From NCBI GenBank assembly GCA_016722375.1, contig JADKJG010000008.1, positions 33,081 through 97,080 on the forward strand: 64,000 nucleotides of DNA. Reading direction: 5' to 3'. Below, piece after piece: positions 58,437-64,000 of this stretch. The notes under the pieces were generated by a model. It had not been told where the DNA came from, did not search any database, and saw only the letters and a program-made list of their open reading frames with translations. The number at the start of each line of letters is the position of its first letter. Within the stretch, counting starts at the first letter, position 1. The position numbers and the translations under genes are program-made. The stretch is from Bacteroidota bacterium. Lineage in GTDB: Bacteria > Bacteroidota > Bacteroidia > Chitinophagales > LD1.

Positions 58437-59396
58437 ATGAAATACCATTTATTATTTGTCCTCTTTGCGATGCCTGTTACCTTTATGTCCTGTATGCCTC
58501 AAAACAGTATTGGTAGTGGCCCGGTGATTCAAGCCGGTGAGATTATTCAGGCGATTCAAAATGGCAAACCGGTTTTTATTGAAAATAAAACGGTGGAAGG
58601 CGATTTGGATTTTTCAAAACTGGATGGATATACCGAAAGTAGCAGCATGGTTCGCTCGTACGTGGCGGTCAGTGTTACTTTTATCTCCTGCCATTTTAAA
58701 GGGAAGATTAATGCCTACCAATCAAACGACCAAGAAACAAAGGTTTGTTCCTTTGAAAAAAACTTGGCGTTTTCAAATTGTGAAATGGACAAGGAAGTTT
58801 CTTTTCAGGAAAGTGTGATTTCGGGGAAAGCCAATTTTTCATCCAGCGTATTCAAAGGCAAGACCTCTTTTGAGGGGACACGCTTTCTGGGTGAGGCCTA
58901 TTTTACCAAGTCTAAATTTGAAGAAGAAGCCCGTTTTCAAAATGGCTTTTATTCGTACAAAGCAAATTGGATGGAAGCTGTTTTTAGTAAAGTTGTAAGT
59001 TTCCAAAACTCGATATTTAATTACGATGCGCAATGGAGCGTGGCGAAATTCTTGGGCTATGCCGATTTTAGTGTTTGTACGTTTCGAGGCCACGTGTTTT
59101 TTAACTACGCAAAGTTCAAGGCACAAGCCGTTTTGAATACTTCAATATTCTATGCCCGATTTGAGATGATGAGTACAGAGTTTGAGAAAAATCTGGAATT
59201 AAAGCGTTGTTTGTTTTACGGAATTCCCAAGTTCAATAAAGCACAAATGAATGAAGGTCTGCTTCTTGACAATAGCACCTTCTTGGCCGGTGCTCCAGAA
59301 ACTTCCGATTGGATAAAGGGAAGTAACTTTACGCTCAGTTTAAAAGAAAGTCGTTACACAACTTTAAACGAATTGAAGCCTTTAGATATCAAATAG
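58437..59396 (+). CDS. pentapeptide-repeat lipoprotein
   Basis: 319 aa with lipobox FMSC and Phe at five-residue spacing over about 150 aa (SVFKGKTSFEGTRFLGEAYFTKSKFEEEARF). Confidence 0.6.
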   Translation: MKYHLLFVLFAMPVTFMSCMPQNSIGSGPVIQAGEIIQAIQNGKPVFIENKTVEGDLDFSKLDGYTESSSMVRSYVAVSVTFISCHFKGKINAYQSNDQETKVCSFEKNLAFSNCEMDKEVSFQESVISGKANFSSSVFKGKTSFEGTRFLGEAYFTKSKFEEEARFQNGFYSYKANWMEAVFSKVVSFQNSIFNYDAQWSVAKFLGYADFSVCTFRGHVFFNYAKFKAQAVLNTSIFYARFEMMSTEFEKNLELKRCLFYGIPKFNKAQMNEGLLLDNSTFLAGAPETSDWIKGSNFTLSLKESRYTTLNELKPLDIK

Positions 59397-59432
59397 ATTG
59401 ACCTAAACCAACGAAGTTAGGAGACCACAGCC

Positions 59433-61977
59433 TTAGCTATCAGAACCCGGTTGCGACTCTGCCTTCTTCTTTGGTACTTTGTGTGTAATCTTAAGTTCGT
59501 TGCCTTCCTTATTCAGATCCACCATGAAAATATCACCCTGCTTGGCGTTAGAGCGAAGAATTTCTTCTGCCAATGGATCTTCCACATATTTCTGAATAGC
59601 GCGATGAAGCGGACGAGCCCCAAACTGGGGATCGTAACCTTTGTCAGAAAGAAAGTCTTTGGCTTCGTTCGTCAATTTAATATCAAAGCCAAGTTCCTTA
59701 ATTCTTTTCGTTACGTCTGATAGAGCGATGTCAATAATCTTGTGTAAGGAATCCTTCTCTAACGAATTAAATATGATGATATCATCAATCCGGTTCAGAA
59801 ACTCGGGAGAAAAAGTTCTTTTCAAAGCCTTTGTAATTACGTTCTTGGCGAAGTCGTCTGTTTGATCTGTTTTGGACTTTGTGGCAAAACCCACTCCCTG
59901 ACCAAAATCCTTCAAATCACGAGCCCCGATATTTGACGTCATGATGATGAGTGTGTTTTTGAAATCTACCTTTCTTCCCAAACTATCCGTCAAGATTCCA
60001 TCGTCGAATACCTGCAACAGAATATTAAATACATCCGGGTGTGCTTTTTCAATTTCATCCAATAACACCACGCTATATGGTTTGCGACGAACTTTTTCTG
60101 TCAGTTGTCCACCTTCCTCATAGCCCACGTATCCCGGAGGAGCGCCTACTAAACGCGAAATGGAAAACTTCTCCATGTACTCACTCATATCAATCCGCAC
60201 CAGCGAATCTTCAGAATCGAATAAGAAGCGGGCAATGGCTTTAGCTAACTCTGTTTTTCCAACGCCTGTAGGGCCTAAGAAAATAAAAGTACCAATAGGC
60301 TTTCTAGGGTCTTTCAGACCTACGCGGTTTCTTTGAATGGCTTTGGTCACCTTCATCACTGCTTCGTTCTGACCTACCACCGCACCGGTGATTTCCGCGC
60401 TCATATTTATTAGCTTGTTGCTTTCGCTCTGCGCTATTTTACTTACCGGAATACCGGTCATCATGCCTACCACCTCTGCAATATCTTCTTCGTTGACCGG
60501 AAAGCGTTTCACCTTGGCTTCTTCATCCCATTCCGATTTTGCTTTTTCCAAATCTTCTAACAACCGCTTTTCACTATCACGCAAGCGGGCAGCCTCTTCA
60601 TACTTCTGGCTTTTCACCACCTGGTTTTTGGTTCTTAATATCCTCTACCTGCTTTTCCAGGTCAATAATATTTTTGGGAACGTGAATGTTTTTCAGGTGT
60701 ACTCTGGCACCCACTTCATCCATCACATCAATAGCTTTGTCGGGCAGAAACCGGTCCGTTATATACCGCGTAGAAAGTTTCACGCAGGCCTCGATAGCTG
60801 TTTTTGAATAGTCAACATTATGATACTCTTCGTACTTGGATTTAATATTTGTCAGAATCTGAATTGTCTCTTCCGGTGAAGGCGGGTCTACCATTACCTG
60901 CTGAAAACGACGAGCCAAGGCTCCATCCTTTTCTATATACTGACGATATTCGTCCAACGTAGAAGCACCAATACATTGTAGTTCACCTCTTGCCAGCGCC
61001 GGTTTAAAAATATTAGACGCATCTAAAGAACCGGTGGCACCACCCGCTCCGACGATGGTATGGATTTCATCAATAAATAAAATGACATCGCGATTCTTTT
61101 CCAATTCGTTCATGATGGCTTTCATGCGCTCTTCGAACTGACCGCGATATTTCGTTCCGGCCACCAAAGCAGCCAGATCAAGCATCACAATTCTTTTATT
61201 GAATAGAACCCTCGAAACTTTTTTCTGCATAATGCGCAAGGCAAGACCTTCTACAATCGCAGTTTTACCAACGCCCGGTTCACCAATCAAAATAGGGTTA
61301 TTCTTTTTTCTGCGCGATAGAATTTGTGATACGCGCTCAATTTCATTTTCACGTCCTACAATCGGATCCAGTGCGCCTTCTTCTGCTAGATGGGTTACAT
61401 CTCTGCCGAAATTATCAAGCACCGGTGTTTTGGATTTAGTGCCTCCCGATTTTTTTGCTTGCTGCGCATAACTCTTCCCCTTTTCTTCTTCAAATGGTTC
61501 GTCCTCACCGGGATCGCTTGGTAGCTCTGCCCTTATATCGCCTTGAACGGTATCCAGTTCTGACTTAAATACTTCATAATCTATATCAAACTGAGCGAGC
61601 AGTTGAGTCACCAGATTATCCTTGCTTTTCAAAATAGAGAGCATCAGATGTTCCGTGCCTATCACATCACTCTTCATCACTTTCGCTTCCAGCACGGTAA
61701 TCTTCAATACCTTCTCCGCCTGTTTCGTCAACGGCAGATTATTTGGATTGAAGTTCCCCTTGGCCACTTTCTCCTTGATCCTATCTTCAATTTTCTTCCG
61801 CAACATCACCGGATCAATATCTAACGTTCTCAATGTTTTGATGGCTAACCCTTCTCCTTCGCGGATTAGGCCGAGCACCAAATGCTCAATGCCAATGTAG
61901 TCGTGATTCAAGCGCAGTGCCTCTTCGCGGCTATACGAAATAACCTCTTTTACCTTCGGTGAAAATTTTGCTTCCAT
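59433..61977 (-). pseudogene. clpC: ClpC-type AAA+ chaperone split by a frameshift at an A5 run (60625-60629); possibly an assembly indel
   Basis: The N-terminal ORF has Clp_N repeats and AAA1 (GEPGVGKT). The C-terminal ORF has a UVR-like segment (KYEEAARLRDSEKRL) and AAA2 (GPTGVGKT). The frames overlap at 60598-60620. The likely true start is the ATG at 61977. Confidence 0.9.
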
Positions 61978-62304
61978 AGTTTCCTTTTGTTCAATAATCA
62001 AGCCAATTGCTGATTCTCTTTATAATCAGACGTTTTGTCGTTTTTTTAATTTTCTATTCCTCGTCAAACCTAAGTGAATTCTATGTAATAGACAAAGAAT
62101 TTGTTTTGCAGTGATGGACGGTACAAGAACAATCTGTATAAAAATACATAATCTCAACAGACTAGGTTTTGAATAGATATTCTTATTTTAACCAAATATT
62201 TTGAAAAGAGCAATTTATAATACACCTTCGCGTGCCGATAGGGCAAAAACAAATCTTCATTATTAACGTATATTTGGGGGCATCTTTAAAGAAACAAATC
62301 AAGT

Positions 62305-62673
62305 ATGAAATTTCAAGTTGACAAAAGAGATCGTTTGGTAATCGTGAAACTCAATGAAGAAAAGCTATTGAGTAATTTGGCGCCACAACTGAAATCCGAA
62401 TTGGTGATTCTCAATAATGAAGGGTTCAGAAATATTGTGCTTGATTTATCCGATGTACAGTATGTGGACTCCTCCGGCTTGAGTGCCTTGTTGGTAGGCA
62501 ACCGTCTTTGCAAAGAAGCCTCCGGCACTTTTGTATTGACTGGTCTAAATCCCCATATACAAAAGCTGATAAAAATATCTCAACTTGAGCCGATATTAAA
62601 CATCGTTCCCTCCTTGACCGAGTCGGTTGATTATGTGATGATGGAAGAACTGGATCGCGACCTGCGCACCTAA
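62305..62673 (+). CDS. STAS-domain anti-sigma-factor antagonist
   Basis: 122 aa: LDLSDVQYVDSSGLSALL. Confidence 0.85.
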   Translation: MKFQVDKRDRLVIVKLNEEKLLSNLAPQLKSELVILNNEGFRNIVLDLSDVQYVDSSGLSALLVGNRLCKEASGTFVLTGLNPHIQKLIKISQLEPILNIVPSLTESVDYVMMEELDRDLRT

Positions 62674-62688
62674 TACGTCTTATTCCTG

Positions 62689-63606
62689 ATGATTTTTGAA
62701 GTGACAATCTTGGGCAGCAACGGTGCTGTTCCGGCTTATGATCGTCATCCCTCTGCACAGATTGTAAACCATAATGGAAACATCTTCCTCGTGGATTGCG
62801 GCGAAACGACGCAGTTCCAGATGAACCGGTATGGCATAAAAAGAGGAAAGTTAGACCACATCTTTATTTCACATCTCCATGGCGACCATTACTTCGGACT
62901 AATTGGCTTAATCACTAGCTTCAGCCTTCACTGGAGAGAAAACCCGCTGCATATATACGCACCGGCAGGCCTGGAAGACATTATTAATGTCCAACTGAAA
63001 TATTCAAATACCGAGCTGCGTTTTGATATTTACTTCCATGCCTTGAACGCCGATGCCCCACGGATTATTTACGAGGATGAACAACTGACCGTTGAAACTA
63101 TTATTCTGAAACACCGGCTGCCCACCACCGGTTTTCTTTTTAAGGAAAAAAAGCATTTGCGCCATATTATCCCCGAGAAAATAGCTCAACACGATGTACC
63201 GCACCACCAGATTTCGGATATTAAAAAAGGGGCCGACTACCAACATCCCGATGGGAGAACTATTCCTAATGTCGAACTCACCCGCGAACCTTCTCCGGCC
63301 AGGAGCTATGCGTATTGCAGCGATACGGCCTACACAACAACTATCGCTGAGCAGCTTCAGGGAGTGAACCTACTTTATCATGAAGCTACTTTTATGGAAG
63401 GAGATGCCACTCGCGCCGAAGAAACCTTTCACTCCACGTGCAAACAAGCCGCACAAATGGCTCGGCTGGCTAATGCTGGCCGCCTACTCATCGGTCACTT
63501 CTCTGCCCGCTATAGCGACCTCAGCGTTTTGCTGGAAGAAAGTCGCAGCGTTTTCCCCAACACTTTTCTGGCAGAAGAAGGAAAGATTTTCAACGTGGGT
63601 AGCTAA
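62689..63606 (+). CDS. rnz: ribonuclease Z
   Basis: 305 aa with the metallo-beta-lactamase motif SHLHGDHYFGL. Confidence 0.92.
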   Translation: MIFEVTILGSNGAVPAYDRHPSAQIVNHNGNIFLVDCGETTQFQMNRYGIKRGKLDHIFISHLHGDHYFGLIGLITSFSLHWRENPLHIYAPAGLEDIINVQLKYSNTELRFDIYFHALNADAPRIIYEDEQLTVETIILKHRLPTTGFLFKEKKHLRHIIPEKIAQHDVPHHQISDIKKGADYQHPDGRTIPNVELTREPSPARSYAYCSDTAYTTTIAEQLQGVNLLYHEATFMEGDATRAEETFHSTCKQAAQMARLANAGRLLIGHFSARYSDLSVLLEESRSVFPNTFLAEEGKIFNVGS

Positions 63607-63682
63607 ATAGATACGGGCTACAACCGTCCTCATTTCCGGCTCCATTATATATAAGACATTCTCTGCTATTGAATCAAAACTT

Positions 63683-64000
63683 TAACCTGTTTTTCCGGCA
63701 GGTTTGTCTCTACCCGCAATAAACCAGACTATTTTTACGGCAGACTTGCCTATTTCTGATACAGATTTCCCTATTTCCACGGCGAGTTTGCCTATTTCCA
63801 TCTCAGAAATAGCTATTTCCGTCGCAGACTTCCCTATTTCCGGGACAGACTTACCTATTTCTGCGCCGGACTTAGGTATTTCTGAGATGGACTTCCCTAA
63901 TTCTATGATGGACTTCCATATTTTCGTCACGGACTTGCCTATTTCTGCCGCGGTTTTGCCTATTTCTGTGACAAAAACAGTCTGGATATTTGCGAAAAAA
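63683..64000. repeat. second copy of the 313-bp CCTATTTC-word element, reaching the window edge
   Basis: Anchors fall every 21 bp from 63728 to 63959. Both ends match the 49032-49344 copy. Confidence 0.92.

Overview
The window looks like a Bacteroidota chromosome. Evidence: a PorV-like T9SS gene, T9SS-type C-terminal domains, TTTG/TAnnTTTG promoter boxes, and clade-typical families such as IPExxxVDY and DUF2480. I call about 55 protein genes and one tRNA-Phe. Housekeeping genes dominate: nadE, an isolated rplD-rplW-rplB-rpsS-rplV block, fabH, obg, adk, pyk, ligA, greA, cdsA, psd, clpC and rnz. There is also an RND efflux operon, a HipBST-type split-HipA toxin-antitoxin locus, and a large outer-membrane operon (TonB-dependent-receptor-like barrel, a 1389-aa protein with a T9SS-like C-terminal domain, and a PorV-like protein).

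The most unusual signal is not a gene. Most long intergenic gaps hold degenerate tandem arrays with a 21-bp period (exact apart from rare 1-4 bp slips). Each array has its own word vocabulary, many units are palindromic, and frames are stop-free on both strands. Two arrays are indel-free 313-bp paralogues. I do not recognise these arrays as a described repeat class.

The second candidate is an AT-rich island next to tRNA-Phe. It encodes an orphan class III nucleotidyl-cyclase-like protein and two unknown small proteins, interleaved with two of the arrays.

Four genes are split by frameshifts (adk, clpC, a lytic transglycosylase and a secreted protein). That may reflect assembly indels rather than biology. 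All calls come from reading the sequence and ORF translations by eye. No searches or computations were run.
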